A stretch of 64,000 nucleotides of DNA from Eledone cirrhosa (GCA_964016885.1 OZ024741.1:375596001-375660000), one strand, 5' to 3'; counted from the first letter of the stretch, positions 1 through 15,101 are shown. Notes: a model not told the origin generated them from the letters alone. Program-made: numbers and translations.

Positions 1-354
1 CAGAAATTATTATTAATGTTATTATTTAGGGATTTTTCCTTTGTTTCCATTTTTTTTTGTTACATCTTTTGTTTTCATTTCCTTTTTTTACACACAAAAC
101 CCCATATTTGTATCGTCTTGTATCATCCTCTGCTGTCCTTAATGAACTTTTTGTAAACCCTTTGTGGTTAATAAAGAAATCATCATTAAAATAAATAATT
201 AAGAAATAAATAATAATTATTAGATCTTTTAGTAGGTGTTTTATACTAGTTAAGCTCAGAATATTATCAACATAATTTATCATAAACATTATCACTAGCT
301 TTGTTATTATGGTTTTCATCAGATCCTTCCTCCTCTTCTCTTTCCTACTCCTTT

Positions 355-1290
355 GTCACCACCACCATCACCACCCCCATCACCACCACCAATACCACCA
401 TCCTACCCCCTCCACCTCCACCCCACCACCAATCCATCACCAACACCACCATCCTACCACCTCCACCCCATCACCACCACCAATACCACCATCCCACCCC
501 CGCCACCTCCACCCCAACACCATTCCATCACCAACACCGCCATCCTACCACCTCCACCCCATCTCCACCACCAATACCACCACCCCACTCCCACCCCCGC
601 CACCTCCACCCCCAACACCATTCCATCACCAACACCACCATCCTACCACCTCCACCTCATCACCACCTCCAATACCACCCCACCCCCACCCCCTCCACCC
701 CAACACCATTCCATCACCAACACCACCATCCTACCACCTCCACCCCATCACCACCACCAATACCACTCCCACCCCAGCCACCTCCACCCCAACACCATTC
801 CATCACCAACACCACCATCCTACCACCTCCACCCCATCACCCCCACCCCCACCCCCACCCCACCCAGCCCCCTCCACCCCAACACCATTCCATCACCAAC
901 ACCACCATCCTACCCCCCATACCCCACCCCACCCCAGCCACCTCCATCCCAACACCATTCCATCACCAACACCACCATCCTACCGCCTCCACCCCATCAC
1001 CACCACCAATACCACCCTCCCACTCCCACCCCAGCCACCTCCACCCCAACACCATTCCATTACCAACACCACCATCCTACCGCCTCCACCCCATCACCAC
1101 CACCAATACCACCATCCCACGCCCCTCCACCTCTACCACCACTCCATCGCTGCCACTGCCACTTCCATCACCACCACTATCACCATCATCACCCCACCAC
1201 AACCATTCTACCACTGCCACCACCACCACCATCATTCCACTACAACCATTCTACCACTGCCACTGCCCCCACCATTATCACCAACAACTT
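355..1290. repeat. CCA-rich compound minisatellite
   Basis: Recurring unit CCTCCACCCCAACACCATTCCATCACCAACACCACCATCCTACC; open in all three + frames. Confidence 0.9.
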
Positions 1291-1329
1291 CAAATTCACC
1301 ATAAATGGGGTGCTAAAATATTTTCACTT

Positions 1330-1670
1330 AGGTGGTGAATATTACACCAGTTCCCCTTTGGAGGTGAATATTACACCAGTTTCACTTTGGAGGTGAATAT
1401 TACACCAGTTCCCCTTTGGAGGTGAATATTACACTAGTTTCACTTTGGAGGTGAATATTACACCAGTTTTACTTTGGAAGTGAATATTACACTGATTTCA
1501 CTTTGGAGGGGAATACCACACTATTTTCACTTTCACTTTGGAGGTGAAAATTTCACCATTTTACTTTCACTTTTGAGGTGAATATTACACCAGTTTTACT
1601 TTGGAGGTAAATATTACACCAGTTTTACTTTGGAGGTGAATATTACACTGATTTCACTTTATGGGTGAAA
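1330..1670. repeat. 29-bp minisatellite (GGAGGTGAATATTACACCAGTTTCACTTT)
   Basis: About 11 tandem copies. Confidence 0.92.
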
Positions 1671-2009
1671 TTTGTTTTGAATGAATATGGCCTTCAAAAC
1701 AGTCGGAAATTGGTAAAAAATCATTACAGAATGGAGTTGTGAAATAAAAACTATACTCTAAATGACATTTAAAATTTTATAAATATATTCTCTACTCATG
1801 AGAATTTCAAAACCACAACATCTAAACATAATCTGTTGATTAGCTACCTCGACTTATACATCCGGTTTGGATTTTTGTCCATTTCTCAGATAAAAAATGG
1901 TGGGTGTGTTTGCTTATATTCAAGTATATACTGTTACTCTATCTGTCACCACTGTCAATAAATATGTACCTCTACATGGTGTCTTAGGTGTAATAGACAC
2001 TATGTAGAG

Positions 2010-2336
2010 CAGGGGTATGCAATAGGTGGCTTGCGGGCCACAATACAGCCTACTGGACCAATCAGAGTGGCTCGCAATGACCATTTTTTAATTTTTACCT
2101 TGTAGGCTTATTTAGAATTTTTTCATAACCGTAATACAATTTTCTGTTAATTGATCTATACTAAAAGGCTTCACTGTTAGGGTTAAGGGTGTTATAATTT
2201 CCCAGTTCCATGTTATGGAAAGAAGCTGTGGTGAATCTTTGGAATAGAGCTTAATAAATATTAATGGCCCTAATTAATATTCCAATGTTCCAATGTTCAA
2301 AAGTGGCCCACCAATAGAATATGTTGCACACCCCTG
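2010..2336. mobile_element. hAT (Charlie-like) MITE
   Basis: TIRs CAGGGGTATGCAA and TTGCACACCCCTG; 8-bp TSD ATGTAGAG on both sides. Confidence 0.9.
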
Positions 2337-2754
2337 ATGTAGAGGTACAGTCTCACTGCTGGAACTCAGTACTAGATGTATAGTTTTACTGCATATCAGG
2401 GATTAAAACAGGATTCACACTTATTTTACCACCTGACAACAGCATCAGAAACAACCACAAATACATCATAAAAAACATATAAAAACATTCCACACCATCA
2501 AATAACAACAACAAAAAATTGAAGCTAACATGTAGGTTTTTATTCAGTTGCTTGACTTACTAGCAACCATAACAAAACATTTCATTTCACGTTGCTCCAG
2601 CATATGATGGTCTGGTGTCCTATCTAGGGAAGGAGTCTTGTACTCTCAGTTGCTTCAAGCCACAGAAACTAGGGTAAGCACTGGTCTGATGAGCCTCCAG
2701 GCTTGTGACACACTTTTAGTACTGAGTTACAGCAATAAAACTGTGTCTCCACTA

Positions 2755-3205
2755 AGGTGTACTGAATTACATAGTACCTATTATACCAAGGTACACTGAG
2801 GTACAGCAGTGAGGATGTACCTCATTATAGTACCTATTATACCAAGGTACACGGAGGTACAGCAGTGAGGATGTACCTCATTATAGTACCTATTATACCA
2901 AGGTACACTGAGGTACAGCAGTGAGGATGTACCTCATTATAGTACCTATTATACCAAGGTACACTGAGGTACAGCAGTGAGGATGTACCTCATTGTAGTA
3001 CCTATTATACCAAGGTACACTGAGGTACAGCAGTGAGGATGTACCTCATTGTAGTACCTATTATACCAAGGTACACTGAGGTACAGCAGTGAGGATGTAC
3101 CTCATTATAGTACCTATTATACCAAGGTATACTGAGGTATAGCAATAAGAATGTACCTCCTAGTAGTACCTATTACATCAAGGTGTACTGAAGTACAGCA
3201 GTGAG
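2755..3205. repeat. 56-bp minisatellite
   Basis: TAGTACCTATTATACCAAGGTACACTGAGGTACAGCAGTGAGGATGTACCTCATTA, about 8 copies (2772, 2828, ...). Confidence 0.95.
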
Positions 3206-3225
3206 CCATTGTACCTCCCTTAGTA

Positions 3226-3629
3226 AATTTTTTTTATTTTTTGATGCATGGAATTTCCAGTGGAATTTATTCAAATTAAGAAAGAAAATATACAAAAACA
3301 AAACACACTATTAAAAGGAACCAAAAAATGGAAATAAAAAGAAAAAAGAATCAAGGAATGAAAGAAAGGGAGAGTGGGGGACAGACTCTACACCTCAGTC
3401 TGAGCTGTGCGTCAGCCATTCCCTCAGACAAAATTGCAATGGGGTTACTGTGGAGAAAGACCAGCGGTACCCAGTAGAACAGCCACCTCACCTGCTGGGG
3501 TTCCTTCCTCATGCAGGCTGCAGTCTTTCTGATTTTACGGAGAAAATCAGCAGTGTGGGGACCAAGGACACCAGAGGTCTCAATGGGGAACAGTACAAAG
3601 AAGAAGTGGCTGGTCAGGTCCTGGTATTT
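3226..3629 (-). mobile_element. 3' end of a CRE-like (restriction-like endonuclease) non-LTR retrotransposon with poly(A) tail
   Basis: Minus-strand translation KYQDLTSHFFFVLFPIETSGVLGPHTADFLRKI...WLFYWVPLVFLHSNPIAIL fits the RLE C-terminal pattern KY..L...F.P...ET.G..GP. A poly-T tract on the + strand at ~3228-3242 gives the tail. Confidence 0.7.
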
Positions 3630-6600
3630 AATTATCTTCCTCTCCTCTCCTTTACAAGAATGGATACAGCATTAAATGTCTACCTATTTACATTTAGGTC
3701 AATTGGTTACAATAATGAACTGTACTTCCTCATTTTTCTAATAACAATTAATTGCACTGGCTACAGTAGTGAACTAGACTTCTCCATACTTCCAATTATT
3801 GATTTCTAATTTAGGCACAAGGCCAGCAGATTTGGGGAAAGGTAGAGTGAATTGAATCAATCCCCAGTACTTGACTGGTACTTTACTTTATCAATCCCAG
3901 AAGGATGAAAAGCGAAGTTGACCTCAGCAGGATTTGAACTCAGAATGTAAAGTGCCAGAAGAAATCCTGGATTGGCATTTTATCTGATGCTTTACTAATT
4001 CTGCCAAATCATAATGGTTACTATTATTACTCAAGCAAATGAAAGCACTTCTAAGCTGTCACTTACATGCTTAACATCCTGTAATTGATAGTCAATCGAC
4101 TTTCGTCAAATCGGACCGAGGAAACAATGTTTCTATTGGTCTTTCCAATTACTTAATGATTTAACAGAAAATATCTAAATATGGGTTTGTTAATTCAAAT
4201 ATTTGTAGTATTTTCACTGGTGGACAGATCATTGTGGAAATTTGCTGTAAACTAATGCAATCACTTCAATTTTTAATGTGATGAAGTCATAGTGCTGTTT
4301 TGTACTTTTCAAGCACGTCTTGCTAATGTTGTTTTATGTTAACCATTAAGAGTTAACCTGCTAGAAATAGCATGCAAAGCTCCATCAAACATTACCCTAC
4401 CCTTTTACAAAAGAATAACACATTAGGTAATGTGGTTCTTTTCTGCTTGGGAAACTAAGAGGATGGCTATAGCTGGAATATCTTTGACCAAAGGTCTGCT
4501 TGACCTGGGTCAAAACAATGACATGTTTGGTTTCTGTGAGGAGTAAAAGATGCATAAAAGAATCTAAACACTCCCTGGTAGCATCAATACTGCTCAACAC
4601 CAAAAGGACTTAATCCAGCTTTACAACCAAATGCAAGAGGATCTAATTGATATCCATTGCTAATGTCAAGGTAAACTAAGATAATCAAGTTTTCTGCTTT
4701 AAAACTCAATAAATCACTATCTTTCAGTATATTTGTGACTCATGACCAACGAGTAGGAAGATCAATATCCGATAATTTCCCAACCATCTCACAACTATTT
4801 TATGCAGACAATGGTGTTCTATTCATATCAACATTCTATAGAGTTTGGAAATTTCTCTCAGTTATTCCAGTCTAGATTTATAAAACTTCCAGTAAAGCCA
4901 AATTGCTCAGAAGTCAATGGCCATAAATGAAATATAAATTAGTTGTTGTTATTGTTTAACCCCAGATCAGTCTTGATTGAACAGACCTACGATACATAAG
5001 AAGTCTGCAAACTGGAGGAGAGTCATAAGAACATTGGATGGAATGCTTTACAGTATCTGTTTCAGCTCTTTGTTCTCTGTGTTTAAATTCCACCGAGGTC
5101 AACTTTGCCTTTTATCCATTCGACGTTGATAAAAAAATACCAGTCTAGTATTAGGATAAATTCTTCCTCTATATCTCTTTCTTACTTCCTCTCTCTCACT
5201 CTCTATCCTTCTCTGGTAGAAATCTGCTGTACTCAGACCGGGAGAGAAGATGGGCTCTGCCAGGTATTAAAAGATGCCCTAGATACATAGTAGGTGAATA
5301 CGGCATCCCTACAACTATACATACATGATACATAAGGTAATTTGGTGAACTATTAGGAACAATGTACAGAATTGTTGATACAATGTCAAGCTTCCATTCT
5401 GATATGCAATGATGCTTTATCACTTGGAGGAGGGAAAATATTGGCAATACAAGAATGTTGCATTGTTTTCTACTGTCTAGTTAGTTTTTGTATGTTTGTT
5501 GTTATTGTTGTTATTTAGCCACAGGTCAGATCTGATTGAGTAGATCTATGATCAAACATGTTCCAACCATGATCGTATCATCCCTTATTCAAATGATAGA
5601 GCATCAGACAACATGCTTTATGGCATAGAGTTATAGCCCTTTATGATCTGAGTTCAAATCCTGTCAAGGCTAGCTTTGCCTTTCATCCTTACAGGGTTGA
5701 TAAAATAAAGTACCAGTGTTGCACTGAGCTCGATTTAATCGACTTTCCCCTTCCCCCAAATTGTTGGCCTTGTGCCTAAATCATAAACCAATATTATTTT
5801 ACACACAACTTGCAATATGGGACATTTCTTTCATCTGTTTGAATGGGCTGAAACCATTATGATTTCACATTATTAACTGGTGAAAATAATGCTTTTGAGG
5901 CCCTAAGATCATATCTTTAAAAAAAGGCAATTGAATTTTCATGGTACAAATGCTTCCAATAACACATCCAGTGAATTCCATCTGAGCTGGAGCTATTAAC
6001 TGTGTGATAGTAGCTAAACTTTCTGAATGAATTAGAATATTTGCTAAAAATGTAGGAAGAGGTTTGTGTGTTGTATTGACTACTTACTATAAATGATGGG
6101 ACATATAAGCTCCCTCAGTTACGTGTTTTCTTGCAGTTGTTTAGCAATGAAAACCCAATTAGGTTTAGATATCGATTAAAAGTATTTATCATGTTTTTTT
6201 TAAATTTACAAGAAAATACATATATTTAGCATATTTACATATCTGTGTAAATTTTACAAATTTTTAGAGTCTTGGTTAAGTCTATACTATATATATACAG
6301 ATAAAACTATACTTCAGCTGCTTAGCACACAACTTAACATATATAAGGTAATTACATTTATAAAGCAACGATGTATATTTTGAACGTGCCAGATGAACAC
6401 TGAACACCCAACAAAGATGGTAAATTTTCTTGATAATTATTTAGTTTTTATTATCATGTTATAGTCTGGTTGTAATTTGGTTTCAAATCTAATAATATAC
6501 ACTCAGAAACAAAGATTAAGTCTGGTTGAAGTGGTATTATGGTATAGAAATAGCCTAAGATGTATATATTTATTTTTGAGTCATATGTATGCCGGAATAG

Positions 6601-7652
6601 TAGATGCAGCATGGTAGCACAATGTACACTCTGTGACAAGAACCATTATATGGTATTGTTCTTGAAAAAGTATATTATTTTAAATACTTTGGTGCATGTA
6701 CCAAGTCATCAAATGATATAAACAATAGGATAGTTCAAGAATGGTCTGCTGTGAACTTGTTAGATAAGGTGTGGAAATCTTACAACCACAAAAACAAAAG
6801 TTAAATTATTCAAAGCTACAATGGAATCAATAAATTAAGTTTATTGACAGCTCTACCCTCCTCACTTGGTAATAAAGTTGGTGAATGTCCGCAGCTAATG
6901 GTTGAAAGTTTTATCTGCATTTGTGGTGTTTGGGTCGGTATCAAGTCTGTCTGGTTTCAAATATCTTTCCATGTGGGTCTTTGATAGTTTCTTTGATTAA
7001 TATGAATGACCAGTTAGTTATCTGGCTCAAAGAAACTATTTTCCAATCTTAGTCTAAAACAAATCTGAAATTATTGATAAAATCACCGCCAAGACAAAAT
7101 GCCATCCAACATGACTAACAATGTGCACGCTCTCTATCATGTCAAGGGAAGTCATTGCATTTATACATTTTCTATCGACTTTCCCCTCTCCCCAAATTGC
7201 TGGCCTTGTGCCTGTAGTAGAAATTATTATTGATGTTGTTCTTGTTGTTCCTGTTGTTTATTCCTTAGCAGCCCTCATCAAAGGCCTTCTAGCTATCATC
7301 ATCTTTTGTGTATATTTAGGATTATATCATACAATGTGTCCATCCCTTTTTTAATGATAGATCAAGTGACCACATAGAAGTTTCCTCATATGGAGAAATT
7401 TCCAGACAAGTTGGTTGTGGGATTTAGAAGATTCTATGACTGACCTAAATATTTGCACTCTAGTATTGTGAGCTTTTCCTGATCAAATTTGAATGAGACA
7501 AGAACAAGATTGAAGATTTACTAACTACTAATCATAATTTATTATGTTTACTCTGCTTAACACACACATACACATACACACACACACTCTCTATCTCTTT
7601 CACACACACACACTCTCTCTCTCTTTCACACACACACATACACATACACACA

Positions 7653-7683
<31 letters not shown>

Positions 7684-9809
7684 TCTCTCTCTCACAAACA
7701 TATTCACACAAACACATACACAAACTCACATACTCACACACACACTCACACTCACACGCACTCACTCAAACTCATATACTCACACAAACACACACTCACA
7801 GACGCACACATTCACAGATGCACACACTCGCACAAACACACACACACTCACTGAAACTCACACTCACACACACACACATACTTACAGAAACACACATATA
7901 CACAAGCACATAAATAAACAAAACAGAATGATCACCACTTCATTACTTATGAAAACAATTCATCTCTACCTCAACAAGCTAATCTCCATTAACAATAAAC
8001 ATAAATGTTACACAGATAAACATACTCACACTATATATGCATATCATCATCTGGCGGCCTCAGCTGAAATTGACTCAACAATTGATCTCCACGTGGGTCT
8101 GTCGTTCATTGCCACTGACAAATCCTGGATTTCAATACCAGAATCTCTGGAGATGACATCAGGATAGGAGAGCTAGCGCCCCCTGTTATTAGTGACTGCT
8201 TGTGGTTTCCAAAGCACTAATGGGGACACAGCTTCATAGGTGGTACGATGGCAGTGGCCAGCAAATCTTACTCTCCTTTAATGTACAACGACAGATATGC
8301 ATATGCATGAGACTCTATGTGGTTACTTGACCTACTAGAAATAGCAGCAAAATTTCTCTTAACTATTTTGATACCAAACCTCCTGAAAAAAGGCCTTGTC
8401 TTATGATATAAAACTAATTCTTGTAAAGTGTTTATATTTATCTAGAAACATTCAATAAAAATTTTATGTAACAACCTTTGTTAAGTTATATTACAAACAC
8501 CAACTAATTAAGAAGAAAGTTAGTTATGTTAGTAACAATACTTACATTCCATCTCCAAAAACTATAGATAGATATTATGAAGAAGTACAATTTTACTATT
8601 GTCACTTGATATACTACACTCTAAATTGCTACAACCTTGCAGTATATATATATATACACTACAAGAAACCCAGACCACATGGCTGTAAATAGGCCCAGCA
8701 TTAAAGTACAGTTCTCCCTTGTACTTAGTACATTTGTGGACACAGCATGGCAGAATGGGTAAGAAGTTTGCTTCACAATCATCAAGATTTAATCCCACTA
8801 TGTGGCATTTTGGGCAAATGTCATTTAACATACCATATTTCCCGGCATCGAAGATGCTAATCTTTTCCTAAAATAAGTCTAAAAAATCTACCATGCGTCC
8901 TGGAGGCCGAAGGTTGTTTATTATTTTTTTTCAGCCAGAAGGTTTGAGTGAGGAACTAGCAACCATATCTCATAGAGGAACTGTTATGTTACTGAAACTG
9001 TTCAAGGCTGGATGGAAGTGCAGTATAGAATGACAAACAAAAATTAAGAGGATCTCTGTTGCTGATATTTGGAGCAGGCCTCTGCTTTGTTCTTTCTGGT
9101 CTCAGAGACCCTGTAAAAAAGATCATTTGGTAGAAGCTGTCTTAAATACATGATGCTTGAAAAACATCCCATCAACACAACACCCAATAGCTACAAACCA
9201 TCTCCAGTCACTTCACGGTACTGTAGGAGAAATGTAATTGCTTTTTGAAAGTTACCACAATGCAGATAAACTATAAATAATAGTTGAATAGTTTTTCTAT
9301 CTCTAGAAGTACTTTATCTTACTTATTTAATGATTATTTATTATATATATATTTACTATATGTTTACTATTATTATATATATGAACTATTTACATTGTGA
9401 CAGCTTTCAAAAAAGCATACATCATCATCATCACCATTTTGCGTCCATTTTTACACGATAGCATGGGTTAGATGATTCAACATATTTTCTAATTTGCAAA
9501 ATTTGCTCAAACTTTCATAAATCAATCAATGTTTTTCTCTTTCTGTTTAAAGCTTCTAAAAAGATGGTAAAGTGTGAACAGAGGTGCTTTGGTGTAATGG
9601 TTATTGCACTTGTCTAGTATATGACAGATGTGTGGTTTGATTTTTGCAAGCAACTCTACACACTGTTTCTTTTCCAGGATTATTTTACCAAGCTTATTCA
9701 ACTATTATTTATATCTTGTTTTTCTGCATTGTGGCAGCTTTCAAAAAAGCAAACAAATTTTTTCATTTTCAAAATTTGCTCAATGTTTCATAAATAAATC
9801 AATGTCCAT

Positions 9810-10190
9810 AGTATTAGAGCTGTGATCTCTCAATTCAGAGAAACAGTGGTTCTAACTGGAGCAACTCCTGATCTGAGCTATGCAATGTATTGAGTAACAT
9901 TACTCCAAAGATTCTTCAGAGGAACCCCATTTTGGCTTGGCTGCTTGTATTCATGATCATATTCTGTCAGTCATTATCAAAGATTCATGACCAAAGTTAA
10001 AGGTTGGCACGAATAGTGAATTGAAAAGAGTGAGTTTGGCTTTTACATGTAGTTCCCTTCTTCTGATGATTGAATGCTGAAGCTAGTGCATTACTGCACC
10101 AACTCCTGCATTTCTTGCACTTAATTCCACCTCCTGCCTTCCATCACTCGTGAAAACTGCCCGAAGATACTTGAAATTCTCCACCTGTGT
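9810..10190 (-). mobile_element. RTE-like LINE fragment
   Basis: Colinear similarity to 26090-26420 (agattcatga, cccttcttctgatgat, cttgcacttaattcc, ccatcactc). Confidence 0.7.
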
Positions 10191-11078
10191 CAAAATATTA
10201 AACTAAAAAGGAAATCCAGGTGATATTTCTCAAATCAAAGTTCAGGTGTGTCACTGTGTTATTTCTTTATCCTAATGGTGATGGTCATCAGCCTTCATCT
10301 CACCACCATTGTTCTGATCATCATGGTCATCATTGTTATCAGCTACCATGTAATTATTGTCTCAATCATCATCATCATTATCATCATCAGTGCTGATGCC
10401 TTTACATGTTACCATCATCATCATCATCAACCAAAATCATTCTCAATGTCCTCCTCCTCCTCCTCCTCCTCCTCCTCCTCCTCCTCACTCCTATGATGAT
10501 GATGATGATGATGAGGATGATGATGACCACCACCACCACCACCACCACCACCACCACCACCACCATCATCATCATCACTGCTGCTTCTGCCATCAGCCAC
10601 CACCACCACCACCACCACCACCACCACCACCACCGCCACCACCATCACCATCTTCAGTGTAACCTATTGTTTAAACTGACTGACTGCTGTACAATATTGA
10701 TTTCCATCCTACATCTAAACTTCCTGAGCAATGTCATATTCCTGATATAGTCGGACATATTTTAACCTCAGCAAATAATTAGTATTTGAAGCACAGCTAC
10801 TTCAGCTAGGTTTTTCTTCAGGTCTTTAAATTGTATCTGACACTTTTGAATGTATTCCAGCATTTAATATAGCCAGTATTATTGACACCTTTCCAGATTG
10901 TTTAACATAGTTAATATTATAGACATTATTTCAGACTATTTAGTGTGTCAAGTACTATAGACAACATATCCAACTGTTTAATGTAAACCCCATTTTTTAC
11001 AACATTCCACACTGTAGACTGTATTACACACTATTGATTACACATCTAACTTTTTATAGAATCACTGATTGTTTAGTA

Positions 11079-11366
11079 CAACCATGGGCAACCTGAGGTC
11101 CGCGAAGCTTTCTGAATGGCTCGCCTAAGTCACCTAAGTGAAATCTTTCTGATTTTTTTACCCCACTTTTCAGTTGTAATCTTTGTATCATTTTTATGAT
11201 CAAGGAAAACGAGTATGAATTCTGAAGAAACAAATCAAAACAACCTGAGTGAGTTACTGCCCTTTTTTTAAAAATGTGGGCATGAATGTAAATTAGCGCT
11301 TGCAGCCCGCCTGATGATGAGCCATATCTCATGTGGCCCGCTTCTCGAAAAAGTTGACCATGCCTG
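11079..11366. mobile_element. hAT (Charlie-like) MITE
   Basis: TIRs CAACCATGGGCAAC and GTTGACCATGCCTG; 8-bp TSD GTTTAGTA on both sides. Confidence 0.88.
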
Positions 11367-11613
11367 GTTTAGTACAACCTATAATATATACATTATCTAA
11401 CACTTAGAATGGTATCCTTGACCAATTTATTACATGTTTACTACATCCCATACTGTAGACTGTATTACACACTATTGATTATATACCTAACCTTTGATAG
11501 AATCCCTGACTATTTAATACAACCAATAATATATATATATTATTTAACACTGATAATTGTATCCCTAACCTGTTTAATGTAAACCACATTTTTTTCTACA
11601 TTCCACTCTACAT

Positions 11614-12203
11614 ACTGTATATTACACTACTGACTATATATTACACTATTGACTATATATTACACTACTGACTGTATATTACACTACTGACTGTATATTA
11701 CACTATTGACTGTATATTACACTACTGACTATATATAACACTACTGACTATATATTACACTATTGACTATATATTACACTATTGACTGTATATTACACTA
11801 CTGACTGTATATTACACTACTGACTGTATATTACACTATTGACTGTATATTACACTATTGACTATATATTACACTATTGACTATATATTACACTATTGAC
11901 TGTATATTACACTATTGACTGTATATTACACTACTGACTGTATATTACACTATCGACTGTATATTACACTACTGACTATATATTACACTACTGACTGTAT
12001 ATTACACTATTGACTGTATATTACACTATTGACTGTATATTACACTACTGACTGTATATTACACTACTGACTGTATATTACACTATTGACTGTATATTAC
12101 ACTACTGACTGTATATTACACTACTGACTGTATATTACACTACTGACTGTATATTACACTACTGACTATATATAACACACTACTGACTGTATATCATACT
12201 ATT
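11614..12203. repeat. 19-bp minisatellite (ACTGTATATTACACTAYTG)
   Basis: About 31 tandem copies. Confidence 0.95.
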
Positions 12204-12249
12204 CACCATATCTAAATCTTGTATACAGCACTACTTATTGTATTACATA

Positions 12250-12426
12250 TACCATATTAATATTTCCCAGCGCTGAAGACGCTTCGTCCTCGAGGACGCA
12301 CCCTAATTTTGACAATCAAAAATTTGAAAAAAATAATAAACAACCTTCGACCTCCAGGACTCATGGTAGATTTTTGAGACTTATTTTATGAAAAAAGTAG
12401 TGTCCTTGACGCTGGGAAATACAGTA
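12250..12426. mobile_element. pogo/Tigger-like MITE (inverted partial copy at 8831-8930)
   Basis: TATTTCCCAGCG and CGCTGGGAAATA termini with TA flanks; 12335-12426 is the reverse complement of 8831-8925. Confidence 0.7.
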
Positions 12427-13224
12427 ATTGATTGTAGACCACATTTTTAACCATGTTTCATGTTATTTACAGCATTCCCAATTATTATGAGCGAGACACG
12501 GTCACCCGACCAGCCTTGCCTCAAGTGGGACAACTCCCGTCTAACCCATGCTAGCGTGGAAGATGGACGTTAAACGATAATGATGATCCCACTCAATTGA
12601 ATATGAGCCATAGTATTGATCATATGATAGAAAATATTTAGTGTAACTCTTCTCACTGAATGTATCCTACAACATTGATATTATTCCTGATTATTTGATG
12701 TAGCTCACACTATTGACTGTTTCCTACAATATTGGTTTTAGTGCACATTATTGACTACAACTCTCATTATTAACTGTATATGAAGCTACTGACTGCATTC
12801 CAATAAATGAATAGATGTTATTTATTTATTTATTTATTTATTAAGTCAATTTATATGTCCGTATAGAGCTAGTAAGCCATGGCAGACTGGCAGAAATATC
12901 TAGTAATTTTTACAGCTGAGAAACAAAAAAACAAGATTTATAGAGATAAATGAATATAAAAATAAAAATAGAAAATATTTAATTGATAAGTTCTATTGGA
13001 TTTATTGTAAGTTTATATACGATTGTGTCTCATTTAAAACTTACTGAAAAAAACATTAATGTTTTCAGTGAAGTGGAGGAAAATGTGACAGGAATCTAAA
13101 TTTGCCAGTGGCCAAAGCAGTGATAGTTGAAAAGGTGTGAAAGCATGGTACATACTACCAAGTAATACTTTGTTGTGAATGATGACTATACACACACACA
13201 AATATACATACACACACACACATA

Positions 13225-13266
<42 letters not shown>

Positions 13267-13392
13267 AAAATATTTAACCCCAATGGGTTAAACATTTTCC
13301 TATTACCCACTCTACTACTCTAAGTATTGAGTACTCTGGTGCGTTATGGTCCATTTGGTTCCTTACCACACCTCCTTTCATTACACACACAC

Positions 13393-13427
<35 letters not shown>

Positions 13428-13450
13428 CATATATATATATGTGTGCGTAG

Positions 13451-13737
13451 TGGAGGCATGTGGCCTAGTGGTAAGGGTGTTGGACTTGCGGTCATGGTGT
13501 TGAGGGTTTGATTCCTGGGTTGCGTGCCGTGTTCTTGAGCAAAACACTTAATTTCACTTTGCTCCAGTATACTCAGCTGAAAATGAGTATCAGCAATAGC
13601 TGGGGGTTTAACCCTGCGATGGACTGGTGACCTGTCCAGGGGTGGGTCTTGTACTCTCAGTCACTTCAGGCACCATGAAACTAGGATAAACACCGGCCAA
13701 ATGAGCCTTCTGGCTTAAGACAGACTTCAGACTTTAG
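13451..13737 (+). mobile_element. tRNA-derived SINE family B
   Basis: TGGCCTAGTGG A-box, GTTTGATTCC B-box, core CTTGAGCAARACACTT. Related copies near 24246, 28976, 35828-36135(-), 41830/47620, 55795 and 63389. Confidence 0.8.
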
Positions 13738-13777
<40 letters not shown>

Positions 13778-15070
13778 AAATGTATGTACTTATCTATATG
13801 TACGTATGCTCATATATATATATATATAATTCATTTAGTAATATTTATTAATTACGGTATGCAGGACTAATACTAACACTCAATGCTATTACTTAGATGA
13901 GGTGATTCAAACAGAAAGTGCATTTTTTTCTGGTATCAGTTTTCTATAGCTTGATGCCCTTCTTATTATCAACCATTTTACACTGTCCTAGGTTTGTTTT
14001 ATCATGTGCACACCAACTCTAGAAAAGTTGTCATGGCTTTGACACAATTCATGAGTTCTCTTATCCCTTTTTGGCATGGTTACTACAGATGGATGCTCTT
14101 ATTATCACCAACTACCTTACATATATATATATAACCCATGCTGGCGTGGAAAATGGATTTTAGACGGTGCTGATGTTTATGATGATAATGATGATGATGA
14201 TATATTTATATATACATAGCTGTGTGTATCCAGTTTAGAAGTTTTTAATAAGAACACTGTATTTCTGCTAGTAAGAAACAACTAAATAAAAACTGGTGTC
14301 AGGATGGGTGTTTGGATGTAAACCATCGCTTCAATGGTCATGTCCTACCTGTACCAGGTTTGACAAGTTAACATAAAAACGATGACAATGATGATGATAA
14401 TGATGACAATGAGGATGATGATGATGATGATGATGATGGGGATGATGATGATGATGATGATAGGGATGATGATAATGTTGATGATGATGATGATGACTTG
14501 GTTAAATCCTAATAGTACTTTCATTGACAACATACCTAATAATTGATTGATTTATCAATGGTGCATCAAACAGCATATGTTATACATTCTGAAATATTTA
14601 ATATTGTAATAAGATGTAAACTAATCTAAGCTAATTTCTATACAATTAATTTACTCTGCCCAAGGTATTGAGTTCTTTTCAATCATCATCATCATAATTA
14701 TCATTGTTTAACATCCATCTTCCACGCTAGCATGGGTTAGACGGTTTTGTTCCACTTGATACAGGATTGGTCAGGAGACCGTGTCTTGCTCATACAGTCT
14801 GGACTGGGAGCCTTTTTACCATGTCTCCTACATGACTACCCTACAGTGGAGACTGGGTGCTTTTTGCTGTGTCACTGACACAGTGGATGGAAAAGGGAGG
14901 ATGGGGTGGGGCGTAGGGTGTGGGTGTGGGCGGGGTGTAGTTTGGGTTAAGATGTGCCTACAGACTGTAGGTTTAAGTTTGTATGCAAGGGAAGGCGGGT
15001 ATAAATGTATATATATATTTATGTGTGCGTGTATATGTGTGTGTGGGTTTATGCATGTCAGTGTGTGTGT

Positions 15071-15101
<31 letters not shown>

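Noticed and set aside
301-1396. Three overlapping 330-347 aa Pro/His/Thr-rich ORFs
   Set aside because: All three frames are open only because the CCA-rich minisatellite lacks stop codons; no domain or splice support.
2683-2712. CTGATGAGCCTCCAGGCT as a hammerhead
   Set aside because: No GAAA after the stem; it matches the 3' end of SINE family B (compare 13700-13725).
1330-3205. 29-bp and 56-bp regular repeats as possible CRISPR arrays
   Set aside because: Contiguous tandem units with no unique spacers, no cas genes, and a eukaryotic context.
6454-6760. Possible decayed Penelope GIY-YIG (SECILLDLKPNYN, minus strand)
   Set aside because: Too degenerate to call by eye; it would need a tBLASTn or HMM hit.
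11311-11352. CTGATGA...CGAAA inside the hAT MITE
   Set aside because: No stem I or stem III pairing; explained by the MITE subterminal sequence.
13451-13520. tRNA genes at SINE heads
   Set aside because: A and B boxes are present but there is no intact cloverleaf, and each continues into a SINE body.
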